Below are positions 1-11,300 of a DNA stretch of 64,000 nt, piece by piece; within the stretch, counting starts at the first letter, position 1; each line of letters begins with the position of its first letter. A program made the position numbers and the translations under genes. The stretch is taken from the NCBI GenBank assembly GCA_964016885.1, contig OZ024743.1, forward strand, positions 88,598,001-88,662,000, given 5' to 3'. The DNA is from Eledone cirrhosa. Lineage: Eukaryota. The notes under the pieces were generated by a model. It had not been told where the DNA came from. It made no database searches and saw only the letters and a program-made list of their open reading frames with translations.

Positions 1-615
1 ACGTTAAACAGTGATATGTATACAGAAATGAACTGATGTTTATTTACTCAGAATTAATCTAAAGTCGCAATGCCGAGACACCATTGGAAATGACTATGTC
101 ATTTTTACATTTAATTTTTAGCATAAAATAGTTTTATCTTTTCTTTAACTAATACATAACTTTTATTAATTAAGGGAACAATCAGACCATTGCTTCCTTT
201 AAATAGTTTAACAGTTGTCGAGGTTCATTTCAGAGGTTAGAGAGCGAAATGCTTATAGTCGAAGGTGTTACTGAAATAACACTAACTAGATTTACAAGAC
301 AGCTGTAATATTAATTTCATTCAGGCCTTAATTTAATTTTCCAGCGGAACAGAGATAAACAACAATTATACATTACACACAACAGAGATATGTTACACAG
401 AAAAACATGAATGATATCTTAATTAGCGTCAGCCATTGCCATGTGAGAATTAGTCTGGTGTTGAACAACCTAGCGAAGATATCTGTAAACATCTCGACAA
501 TAATGACGTGAAAATTGAATTAAACATAACAATCATAATAGCAAATCTATCAGGCATGAATTAGTCGTGATATTTTTATGAAAATAAAGCAATTTCAAGA
601 CTAAATTACGTTTAC

Positions 616-648
616 CTTTCGTTTCTTGGATATCTGCTTAACATTCAT
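616..648 (-). CDS. RPS3: Exon 1 of a second 40S ribosomal protein S3 paralog (gene continues off the left edge)
   Basis: Reverse strand reads ATG AAT GTT AAG CAG ATA TCC AAG AAA CGA AAG = MNVKQISKKRK, followed by a GTAAAC donor. Peptide and phase are identical to exon 1 at 29899-29931. A pyrimidine tract CTTTTT lies about 20 nt upstream. Confidence 0.88.
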
Positions 649-910
649 CTTTAATGTAAAGACTAAAAAGACATAGCCTCGAAGTGAATACGACTTCCTG
701 CTTATTGAAATTTATGAACCAAGTTATAAATTATTAAAGTTAGTTAATTTATTTTAAAACTAAATTTAGATTATTTAAAATAAAAAAATAAATATTAAAT
801 ATCACTGTAATAAAAAATAATATATTTGTTCGGCATGTTTGCCTGTAATTTAGTTCCGGTTGATGTCAAAGTTGAGGTCAAACATCTGACAGATTACTTT
901 CATTTCATTC
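649..910. promoter_or_regulatory. Duplicate copy of the RPS3/CTSO bidirectional promoter, including a TCT/5'TOP-like start near 670
   Basis: 841-905 (gcctgtaatttagttccggttgatgtcaaagtt...aggtca...tactttcatttc) matches 30129-30210. It includes an ETS-like CCGGAA on the minus strand. The minus-strand gtCTTTTT at about 665-672 resembles ribosomal protein gene TCT starts. Confidence 0.7.
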
Positions 911-1245
911 CACTCACTGACTGACACAGTTTTTATAGATAGAGAGAGTTGTTTATATATAAAAAAAATAACAACTGAAAGGTTTTATGAAAACGTGGTA
1001 ACTGATGTCGCTTTTGTGTCTATCTTCGGCAATTGATTTTCTTGTGTATATGTACAAATATATTTCCGTAAAAGATAATATCAATGTTTATAGGAAGAGG
1101 GGAATTGAAAACAATTATAAAACATGAGAAAAACTATTTAATCATCACTACCACAATAATACGAGCCCGGACAATGTGGGAACAATCTCTAGCCGTTTCG
1201 TGGTGTCAGTGGACAGTGAGTGATAAAGTGTTTGTTACGGTAGAG

Positions 1246-1412
1246 CAAGGTTTCCTTAACTTTTTCAAACACGGAACCCTTTTTGGATCAGAAAATTTTG
1301 GGGGAACCCCAAACTCTCATACTGTTATATGGTCGTGATATAAATATACTCCTCTGCTTTTTTTCACGGAACCCCAAACACTCATTTGCGGAACCCATTT
1401 TAGGAACAACTG
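1246..1412. mobile_element. Short hAT/Charlie-type MITE
   Basis: Ends CAAGGTTTCCTTAAC...TAGGAACAACTG, internal repeated cggaaccc motifs, and imperfect 8-bp flanks cggtagag/ccttagag. Confidence 0.5.
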
Positions 1413-1654
1413 CCTTAGAGGATAGTGAGGGAGACGTGTTGGAATAGCCATTCCGGCACTACAACGTCAATGATTAGCTTTGTAGAAAAATGAAGGCAGA
1501 AAGTGGGTGGAAAAACCATTCACAAAGGTAGTCATTTTTAATTGCAGTGGAAATCATATTTGTTGTTAATATGCTAAAAAAATAGTCAATTGCAAGCATT
1601 TTGGAGGTCGGATTAGTTGATAGGACATAAAAAACAAAGGAAAACAAATATTGT

Positions 1655-1765
1655 CTATATGTTCCTGTGGAAAGTCGGGTCTTCTGTATTACTGTGTTAC
1701 GCCAGACGTCATGGTCGTGTGTCATTGCCCTTGAGAGGTGCAATTGGGAAAGGTCGGCTTAGAAA
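1655..1765 (-). mobile_element. RTE LINE 3' ORF-end fragment
   Basis: Translation HLSRAMTHDHDVWRNTVIQKTRL matches the C-terminus of the RTE copies at 44339 and 60120. Confidence 0.75.
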
Positions 1766-1815
1766 TATTTACATCTGCGTTTACAGATTGATTTTTTTTT
1801 AGTTTCAGAAGATCC

Positions 1816-2324
1816 TGTACAGCCACCGAAAATAACAGCTGTGAAATATACAGCGCCATCTACCTGTTAGCTAGCTACTCAATGCGAAACAAAAGAAGCC
1901 TTAGAACCTACCAGAATTAGAACCTACTAGAATTAGAACCTACCAGAATAAACGCCTACACATCGACTAAACAACAAAGGATTGTTCCTGTATAAATAGA
2001 GTGGTTCCTAACACTTTCGCTAGTCGACTTTTGGCAGAGTCAGCTAGCGCATCGTTGTTCCTTTACTCTGCCACGCTTTGTCACTCACACACGCATTGCC
2101 TTGTACCCCGTATCGTTGCTTCATGTGAAAATAAATAGCTGATCGAATTTACATCTCGCCTTGCTTCGTCCTTTCAACTTGTGCTTTCGTCTGTCCATCC
2201 TCAACAGTTCTTTTAAGGGCTATCTTCATATCTGATCAGACCGTATGCGATAACAGTCCTTCTAAGGACTATTCTCGGATCTGATCAGAAGTAGTGACTA
2301 GACTGACCAACCAGTGTCGCTACA
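1816..2324 (+). repeat. 5' LTR
   Basis: TGTACAG...GCTACA, about 5 substitutions versus the 3' LTR. Contains a TATAAATA box near 1991, AATAAA near 2129 and three internal tagaacctac repeats. Confidence 0.96.
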
Positions 2325-2326
2325 AT

Positions 2327-2343
2327 TGGTGACCTGAACGTGA
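2327..2343 (+). promoter_or_regulatory. Primer binding site, tRNA-Trp-like
   Basis: TGGTGACCTGAACGTGA lies 2 nt after the 5' LTR and resembles the complement of the tRNA-Trp 3' end (TGGTGACCCCGACGTGA). Confidence 0.75.
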
Positions 2344-2383
2344 GTCGAACGCACAACCAGACAGCACCTAAGAAAACATTAAC

Positions 2384-3253
2384 ATGGACATGGCACAAAC
2401 GACAGAAGCCGAGATACCAACCACACAAGCGGCGTTAACATTTAAAGTCCCCGTATTTTGGTCTAACGACCCGACTCTGTGGTTCGCGCACATAGAAGCG
2501 CAATTCACCGCGAACAGAATTAAGACCGATGCCGCAAAACTCACCTACATCACTGGATCTGTCCCGCCAGAAGTTTTGGCTGAAGTGAGGAACCTCGTCA
2601 TGGCACCGCCAAGCACAGTGTCATATGAATCATTCCGCAAGGAATTGGTCAAGCGGACGACTGCGTCACAGCAGAGACGACTCAACCAACTCGTGTCTGC
2701 AGAAGAATTGGGAGACAGAAAACCGTCCCAACTATTGCGAAAGATGAGACAGCTGATGGAGGACCAGCCGCTCTCGGAAGATCTGCTGAAACGGTTGTTC
2801 ATACAGCGCTTGCCCTTATCGATGCAGGGAATTCTGGCGTCGACTAACGAGTCAGCAACCCCGGAGGAACTGGCGAGTGTCGCAGATAAGATCGCTGAGG
2901 TATCAAACCCTTTTGCCTCAGTAGCACAGGTAGATCGTCGGACGAACCCTTACGTAACGTCCTCGGACTCCACCTTTGAGATTGTAGAGCTGCGGGCTAT
3001 GATCAGAGAGCAGGCTGGTCAAATCAAAGCCCTCTCAAACCAATTAGAAAGTCTGACCTTGCAAACACACCGGCGGCGCAGCAACAGTCGGTCCAGACCC
3101 TGTCACCGTCAAAGATCGAGAAGTCCCAGTCAAAATCGTGTGTCTGGCAACCTCTGCTGGTATCACGAGGAATTCGGCGCTCGGGCATCTAAGTGTAGGG
3201 CCCCGTGCTCTTTCCAGAATACCACCCAGGGAAACGGGAAGACCAGGGACTAG
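2384..3253 (+). CDS. gag: Gypsy Gag (289 aa)
   Basis: Intact ORF with an N-terminal P.FW..DP.LWF..IEAQF motif, [10 protein letters not shown], an RS-rich region and the CHCC knuckle [18 protein letters not shown]. Confidence 0.93.
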   Translation: MDMAQTTEAEIPTTQAALTFKVPVFWSNDPTLWFAHIEAQFTANRIKTDAAKLTYITGSVPPEVLAEVRNLVMAPPSTVSYESFRKELVKRTTASQQRRLNQLVSAEELGDRKPSQLLRKMRQLMEDQPLSEDLLKRLFIQRLPLSMQGILASTNESATPEELASVADKIAEVSNPFASVAQVDRRTNPYVTSSDSTFEIVELRAMIREQAGQIKALSNQLESLTLQTHRRRSNSRSRPCHRQRSRSPSQNRVSGNLCWYHEEFGARASKCRAPCSFQNTTQGNGKTRD

Positions 3254-6200
3254 CGACGACGTTCACCCCTGGTACTGAAAAGAAAAGTCGTCTATTTTTT
3301 ATTAACGACCAGGCGACAGGCATCCGATACCTCGTTGATACAGGAGCCCAGGTCAGTGTTATTCCGGTTTCACTGATCTCGGGCAAAAGACACCCAACCC
3401 CGTCCTTTCTGCAGGCAGTGAACCAATCGTCAATTCCGACTTTCGGGGAGAAGTCTCTGACCCTCAATTTAGGCCTGAGGCGGCGTTTTCAATGGGTGTT
3501 CGTCGTGGCAGACCTGCCGACCCCGATCATAGGAGCCGATTTTCTCCACCACTTCAACCTTCTGGTGGATATGAAGAACCGGAGGCTTAGTGACACCACC
3601 ACAAACCTCACTGTGAGAGGTATATTTACGACGCAATCCACAGTGAGCCCTGTAATTTGCCAGTCAGAGTCTTCACGGTACAACGGCATTCTCCAGAAAT
3701 ACCCAGACATCACTCGCCCGGTATTTAAGGATAGTCCCATTAAGCATAGTGTCACGCACCACATCGAGACAAAGGGACCACCCACAGCTGCCAGACCAAG
3801 TAGACTGCCTCCAGACCGATTGAGAATCGCCAAGCAGGAGTTCCAACACATGCTGGACCTCGGAATCATTCGCCCTTCCTCCAGCAACTGGTCTGCACCC
3901 CTACACCTTGTTCCAAAAAAAAACGAGAATGATTGGCGACCATGTGGGGATTATCGTGCACTTAACAATTCTACAGTGCCCGATAATTACCCTGTACCTC
4001 ACCTGCACGATTTTTCTGCCTCTCTGCAAGGCGCACGTATCTTTTCCAAGGTAGATCTGGTGCGTGCATATAACCAGATACCTATGGAGCCTGCAGACAT
4101 TCCGAAGACCGCAATCACAACACCGTTCGGTTTATTCGAATTCCTGCGAATGCCGTTCGGTCTGCGCAACGCTGCACAAACTTTTCAGCGGTTCATTGAC
4201 ACCGTGTTACGCGATCTACCCTTCGTATACGCGTATATTGACGACGTACTGGTAGCAAGTGCTTCCGAGAATGAACACGAGAAGCACTTAGATCTCCTTT
4301 TCCGACGTTTGGCTGAGTACGGTATCATCATCAACCCCAGCAAGTGCCTTCTCGGCGTTCCTTCACTGTCCTTTCTCGGGCACATCATCGACAAAGACGG
4401 CATTCGTCCACTTCCCGAGAAAGTAGAAGCTATCCGCAGTTTTCCCGCACCTACATCACTTCGGAAACTGCGTGAATTCCTCGGTCTGGTGAATTTTTAT
4501 AGGCGGTTCATCCCTCATTGTTCCGACGCAGCCAGACTCCTCACGGACCTTCTTCGTAACCGGACTCGCAAAAACGAAGAGATCACTCTAAACGAGGAAG
4601 AATTAACATCTTTTAACCGCATGAAGGAAATGTTGGCAAACGCTTCCATGCTCGTTTTTCCCAGGTCTGGCGCTCCTCTTTCGCTGCTAGTGGACGCATC
4701 AGACACGGGGTTGGAGGCGTTCTACAACAACATGTCGACGGCGTGTGGCAACCCTTATCCTTCTTTTCTAAGCGGTTGCAACCGGCAGAAACGAAATACA
4801 GTACCTTTGGCCGCGAACTCTTGGCAACCTATCTTTCGGTTAAGCATTTTCGGCACTTGCTCGAAGGATCAGATTTCGTGATCTACACGGACCATAAACC
4901 ACTAGTTTATGCGTTCCGTACCAAACCTGATCGACATTCACCGAGAGAACTCCGACACCTGGATTTTGTCTCCCAATATTCAACTGATATTCGGCATATC
5001 AAGGGATCAGATAACGTAGCAGCCGACGCCCTGTCCCGAATCCAGCTGAACGCAATACATGTGCATTCAGGCATCGACCTTCAACAAATCGCAGCTGACC
5101 AAGAGACTGACGAAGAGTTTATGAAACTCCGAGATTCGCCATCTCTCAAGTTTCAGCAAGTTCCCATTCCTTCTTCTCCGGGACAAATTTGGTGCGACCT
5201 TTCTACCGGTCATGAACGACCGTACGTACCACAGATGCATCGTCGACAAGTTTTTTCTGCTTTACACTGCTTGTCTCACCCGGGAATCCGGGCTACACAG
5301 AAACTCATCTCTGCTCGTTTTGTGTGGACTAACATTAACAAGGACGTGCGCGACTGGTCCAGGAGCTGCATTGCCTGCCAGAAAGCCAAAGTCCACAGAC
5401 ACATCAAAACTCCACTCGGCACATTCGCGCAACCTGATGCACGTTTTCATCATGTGCATATCGACATCGTCGGACCTCTACCACCATCACAGAACTACAC
5501 ACACTTGCTCACCTGCATCGATCGATTTTCTCGTTGGCCTGAGGCTTTTCCCATAAATGATACCTCAGCAGAAACAGTCGCTAAAACTTTGGTTTTACAC
5601 TGGGTATCACGTTATGGCGCCCCAAGCGAAGATAACAACGGACAGAGGACGCCAATTTGACTCTCACCTCTTCAGAGAACTGACTCGCCTGTTAGGATGT
5701 AAACACATCCGCACGACAGCTTATCACTCGCAAGCTAATGGTCTCGTAGAAAGATTCCATCGCCAATTGAAAGCTGCAATAAAAGCATATCCAGACAAGA
5801 CACACTGGTTTGAATACCTACCACTCATCCTTCTGGGCATTCGATCCACCGTTAAGGAGGAATTCGGACACACACCTGCAGAATTAGTCTACGGCACCAC
5901 CCTGGTTCTACCTGGTCAGATGGTTGCTTCCATCTCTCCTCAGGATGTTCCAGACGCAGGATCATACGTACACCGTCTTCGACAATATATGTCTCACCTT
6001 GCTCCGGCAAGCACCCGTCAACAGAACACGGCCACACACGTACCTTCAGACATTGATGATTGGACACACGTTTTCGTTCGAAACGACACCATCTCAGCTC
6101 ATCTTCGACCTTCTGGCCCTTATCGTGTTCTAAAAAAATATCCGAAATATTTTATTCTCGATCTAGATGGTAAACAGAATTCTGTCAGCATGGACAGATT

Positions 6201-6354
6201 AAAAAAAGCCATCATGGATACTGTTACAGTCTCTACACCAGAAACTCCAACAGATTGCTGTCCCAGCGAGCCACCTGTTTCATCTCCAGTCACGAGAAGC
6301 GGACGACGCGTCCATTGGCCCGCAAAGTTGGCACAATATGTGAATTACCATTAA
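3205..6354 (+). CDS. pol: Gypsy Pol (protease, RT, RNase H, integrase) in the -1 frame, broken by two single-base frameshifts near 4708 and 5625
   Basis: Motifs LVDTGA (PR), YIDD (RT), DAS and ADALSR (RNase H), HHCC plus D,D(35)E-type core (HIDIVGP, TDRG, ERFHR), GPY and C-terminal TRSGR. They are spread over ORFs 3205-4881, 4743-5660 and 5557-6354. Confidence 0.92.
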
Positions 6355-7261
6355 CCTCAAGTGAGTTTCTTAATCACTCTTCGTGCAAAACATTTCCATT
6401 TTTCTTGTTTACTATTTCCAGTTTCAAATACAATGAACTTTCTGCTTGAACAATTGCAATTTTTAGTGATCATGTGCTCATGTCACGAAGAACATTATTT
6501 ATTATGAACATTATTTATTACAAACACTATTTAAGAACAAACATTGTGTATATCATTGTGTATAACATTTTTTTTTCCTTCTCTCTCTTGTTTTGCAAAA
6601 TTTGTATTTTTCTTGTTCTGTAACATTGATTGTGTAATTGCCATGTTTATATACATACAAGGCGTGTACATATTCTGTTTTTCATGCACACTACAAAACC
6701 ACATTTGTTTCACCTTTTGGTTCATACACTGAGCAATAGATATTTGTGTCCCTCTAACTCTTACACTACAAAATGTTTTCTCTTTGATCACGCATTTCAC
6801 AAATCACAACCTCAAAACACTGGCCTTCTGTTTTCACGTACACATTCACTCAATAGCTCGAGAATGCCTCGCTATTTTTTTTACCACATGCATTCGCTCA
6901 AGTCATATGCTGTGGAGCAAGCTGTTACCTTTAGGCAGCATGCTTACGGCCATTCAGTTCACACATTACGGTTATCTTCACTGCCCAGTTAGACTTTTTG
7001 TCACGCAATTCACAGGCAGCTCAACCGAAATTGCAACAGGCTCATTCATCACGCCTGCATAAATCTGGTCAAAGTCATTTTATAGTTTATTTCTTTTTTC
7101 TCTTCCTGACACACACATCTTGCCATATCATCTCTACATCGACTCTGTCCTGTACTCGATGATCACAAAATTTCACAACGTGCTGGACAATCCTGGGGCT
7201 ATTGTCATGACAAATGCACCACTAGCCCATTCCTATACGATATTTCGCTCTTTTGTTGTAC

Positions 7262-7279
7262 AAAAGAACTGGCAGGGGG
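7262..7279 (+). promoter_or_regulatory. Polypurine tract
   Basis: aaaagaactggcaggggg immediately 5' of the 3' LTR. Confidence 0.75.
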
Positions 7280-7283
7280 CTAA

Positions 7284-7792
7284 TGTACAGCCACCGGAAA
7301 TAACAGCTGTGAAATATACAGCGCCATCTACCTGTTAGCTAGCTACTCAACGCGAAACAAAAGAACCCTTAGAACCTACCAGAATTAGAACCTACTAGAA
7401 TTAGAACCTACCAGAATAAACGCCTACACATCGACTAAACAACAAAGGATTGTTCCTGTAGAAATAGAGTGGTTCCTAACACTTTCGCTAGTCGACTTTT
7501 GGCAGAGTCGGCTAGCGCATCGTTGTTCCTTTACTCTGCCACGCTTTGTCACTCACACACGCATTGCCTTGTACCCCGTATCGTTGCTTCATGTGAAAAT
7601 AAATAGCTGATCGAATTTACATCTCGCCTTGCTTCGTCCTTTCAACTTGTGCTTTCGTCTGTCCATCCTCAACAGTTCTTTTAAGGGCTATCTTCATATC
7701 TGATCAGACCGTATGCGATAACAGTCCTTCTAAGGACTATTCTCGGATCTGATCAGAAGTAGTGACTAGACTGACCAACCAGTGTCGCTACA
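7284..7792 (+). repeat. 3' LTR
   Basis: Near-identical direct repeat of 1816-2324, followed by TSD ATCC. Confidence 0.96.
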
Positions 7793-8315
7793 ATCCCATT
7801 AAGGGTGAAAGCAGCCGATTCTTTGCTTAAACTTTAATCTGTTATTTTAATAAATATTTGCTCTACGGTTCTTATATATTTGATATATATTTATCCTTAT
7901 CGAGCCCTCTTTGGATGTTAGTCTTCAAATTTATTATTATTACTATTTGGCTCCCTTGACTGAGTACTCTATTGACTTATATTCATCATGCAGAAACATC
8001 TGAATATTTCTACAAAGAACATACCCGTACCAAGCAGGAAGAAATACCTAAAACTACGTCTCCACGAACCAAAGTATCGTCTTCCTGTCTTCCTTCGGTT
8101 GCAACGTTTTTCGAAATATTTACTTCTGCATTCACAGATTGATTTTTTTTTAAATTTAAGAAGATCCCATTAAGGGTGAAAGCAGCCGATTCTTTGCTTA
8201 AACTTTAATCTGTTATTTTAATAAATATTTGCTCTACGGTTCTTATATAATTGATATATATTTATCCCTATCGAGCCCTCTTTGGATTTTAGTCTTCATA
8301 TGTATTATTATTACT
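7793..8315. repeat. Local direct duplication (about 370-bp period) containing an empty copy of the Gypsy target site
   Basis: 1783-1815 joined to 7797-7945 matches 8133-8315 (acagattgattttttttt...gaagatcccattaagggtgaaagcagccgattc...). Confidence 0.85.
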
Positions 8316-8387
8316 ATATATATATAGATATATATATATATGTGTGTGTGTGTATATATTAGTTTATATATATGTGTGAGTATATAT

Positions 8388-11300
8388 TTTTCCAGGATTC
8401 ATAAAAATGGCTTCTCTCTCTCTCGGCCCTCTAAAAATCGCTATCACCCCCACTCTCTCTATCACATACGTCGCTCTCTCAATCTCTCTCTCACTCCCTA
8501 CTCGCACCAAATATAAATAGGCCTGTTACGAGGGACAAAACTCAGAATTTGTCAACTCTTATTAATGGTCAGTCCGCTTCTACGAAATGTAACGTATAAA
8601 TAACATTTTCTTCTTGCCTTCCCACCCTTCGGTTCATTCATCCATATATCTATAATCGCCCAGAATCCAATCCTACTTCATAATTGCTATTCTATAATTC
8701 TGTCTCACTGTTCTAAATAATCTCCTCGCTACCATATTGGCTGAAAAATTTTCCAGGATTCATAAAAATGGCTTCTCTCTCTCTCGGCCCTCTAAAATCG
8801 CTATCACCCCCACTCTCTCTATCATATACGTCGCGCTCTCAATCTCTCTCTCACTCCCTCTCACTCCCTACCCGCACCAAATATAAATAAGCCTACTCCT
8901 CGCTAACTACCCCATACCCCTCCCTCACGGCCCCACTCTCCACCTTTATTATTTGGACCAATCACAAGTCAATGGCCTATGCTATCACTTCTGGTTGCTT
9001 TTCGATATGATGGATGGACTAAGGAATTTCTGGAGAGTCTGAAGAATCTGGACACTCGAAGACAATGCCAAAAATAACGACAAATTCACCTCATGCTGCC
9101 AGACGAAATGGCAAGGCCCCCTCCTCTTTGTTGCGGCCGCGGATGGCCAACATAAACCCAACCCCATCCCCCCTCCCCCCTCCCTGCGCCCCACCCACCA
9201 AACGCAATCCAAAACTTCAGAGTTGGGACCATGAACGTGGGCACCTTAAAAGGTCGCTCTAACGAGGTTGTAGAAATGCTTGAACGTAAGGAGGTTGATG
9301 TTTGCTGTATCCAAGAGACCAGGTGGAGGGGCGGGTCTGCTAGATTCATTGTGGGTAAAAAATGATGCTATAAGCTTTTCTGGGTGGGAAATGACAATGG
9401 GCTGGGTGGTGTAGGAATCATGTTAGCAGAAAAATGGGTGGATAAGATAATAGACGTAAATAAAGTGAATGACAGAATAATTAAAATAAGACTTGTTCTA
9501 AATAGAACTAGTGTAACGGTAATATCTGCGTACGCGCCCCAATCCGGACTGCCTGGCGCTATAAAAGACAGTTTCTATGAGACACTGATGCTCACTACCT
9601 CCCAAATAACCGACAGTGACTATATAATTATTGCTGGCGACCTAAATGGTCATGTTGGACAACATTGTGACGGCTATGACGGAATCCACGGAGGCTATGG
9701 GTTTGGTACTAGAAATGAGGAAGGCTCCAGAATCCTGGAATTCTGTGACGCAAATAACCTAACTATCTGTAACACTAACTTCAAAAAACGAGACAATCAC
9801 TTGATCACCTACAAATCAGGGGAACATACCAGCCAGGTAGATTATATCCTTACCAGAAGACGTGACAGAGTGTCTGTTGTAAACACTAAATCCCTCCCCC
9901 ATGAAGAATGCACCTCCCAACATAGACTGATAATTAGCGACCTCATAGTCAGGACGAGACGTATTCGACAGCAGAAAAGGACTATCCTCAGGAGAAAAAT
10001 ATGGAAGCTAAAGGACGCCACAGCCAGAAATAAATTTAAAAGCATATTACTTGATGCTTTCGACAGTAAGGAAGGGCATTTAGAGTCGTACAATATAGAG
10101 GAACAGTGGGAATTCCTGAAAGCAAACCTGCTGATGGCGGCAGACGAAGTCTGTGGCTGGAGCAGGCCTATAGGCAGGAGGAGAGTAACATGGTGGTGGA
10201 ACAGTAAGGTGGAGGAGTCAATTAAGGCCAAAAAGCAGGCTTGGAAAGTATGGCGGGATGGGGGAAGTAGAGAAGACTATCAAGGGGCCAGGAGGGAAGC
10301 TAGGAGACAAGTGTACTTCGCAAGAAGGGAAGCAGAGGAAAGAAAGTTCAAGCATGTTCTACAACGTGAGGGGTTCAGGATTGCTAGGCAATATGTCAAG
10401 GAAAACCGTGATATTGTCGAGGAGAAGTGTGTACTTAATGATGATGGTGTACTTGCCATCACTAACGCTGATAAGAAGGTAGCTTGGAAGTTTCACTACG
10501 AAAGGCTACTAAATGAGGAGAATAAATGGGAGAAAGACAGTCTCCCCCACATCGACCCAATAGAGGAACCAGCAGTGTTAGTCGAAGGTAGTATAATAAG
10601 TAAGGTAATCAAAGATATGAAGACAAGTAAGGCGGCTGGGTCTTCGGAAATAGTTGCTGAAATGCTGAAAGCTTCTGGAACGGTGGGACACACCATGGTC
10701 ACCCGGATAGTAAACCAAGTCATACAGAATGGGGTTGTTCCGAAGGACTGGCGTAGCAGCAGCATCATTAACTGCTACAAGGGTAAAGGAAATGCCCTAG
10801 ATAGGAGTAACTATAGAGGCATTAAATTAATCGACCAGGTCATGAAGGTCACAGAAAAAGTAATAGCGCAACTAATCAGAGAGAGAAATGATCTAGATGA
10901 AATGCAGTTCGGGTTTGTGTCAGGCAAAAGTACCACAGATGCTCTTTTCATTGTACGACAACTACAGGGGAAGTACCTAGCTAAAAGTAAACCCCTATAC
11001 TTAGCTTTTGTCGACTTGGAGAAAGCCTTCGACAGAGTCCCCTGTTCCATTATCTGGTGGGCTCTTAGAAAACTAGGTGTTGATGAATGGCTTGTGAGAG
11101 CTATACAAGCCATGTATAAAGAAACAGTCAGCAAGGTTAGAATTAACAACGAATATAGTGAAGAGTTTAGCGTAAAAGTTGGTGTTCATCAGGGCTCCGT
11201 TCTTAGCCCCCTACTATTTATTATTGCCCTTCAGGCTATAACAGATGAGTTCAAGACCGGCTGCCCATGGGAACTCCTATACGCAGATGATCTAACGCTC

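Larger units (their letters stand above)
1816..7792 (+). mobile_element. Full-length Ty3/Gypsy LTR retrotransposon, CsRn1/Kabuki/Boudicca-like
   Basis: Two 509-bp TG...CA LTRs (1816-2324, 7284-7792) and a 4-bp TSD ATCC (1812-1815, 7793-7796). PBS, PPT, gag and PR-RT-RH-IN domain order are present. Gag carries the CHCC motif C-x2-H-x9-C-x3-C typical of the CsRn1 clade. Confidence 0.96.

Noticed and set aside
6355-7261. Possible env-like third ORF in the long Gypsy 3' region
   Set aside because: Only short, low-complexity T-rich ORFs are present, without a coherent signal peptide/fusion/TM layout. Treated as a long 3' UTR.
8900-9200. HDV-like ribozyme expected near RTE 5' ends
   Set aside because: The nested double pseudoknot could not be assembled by eye. 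Left uncalled pending a structure-descriptor search.
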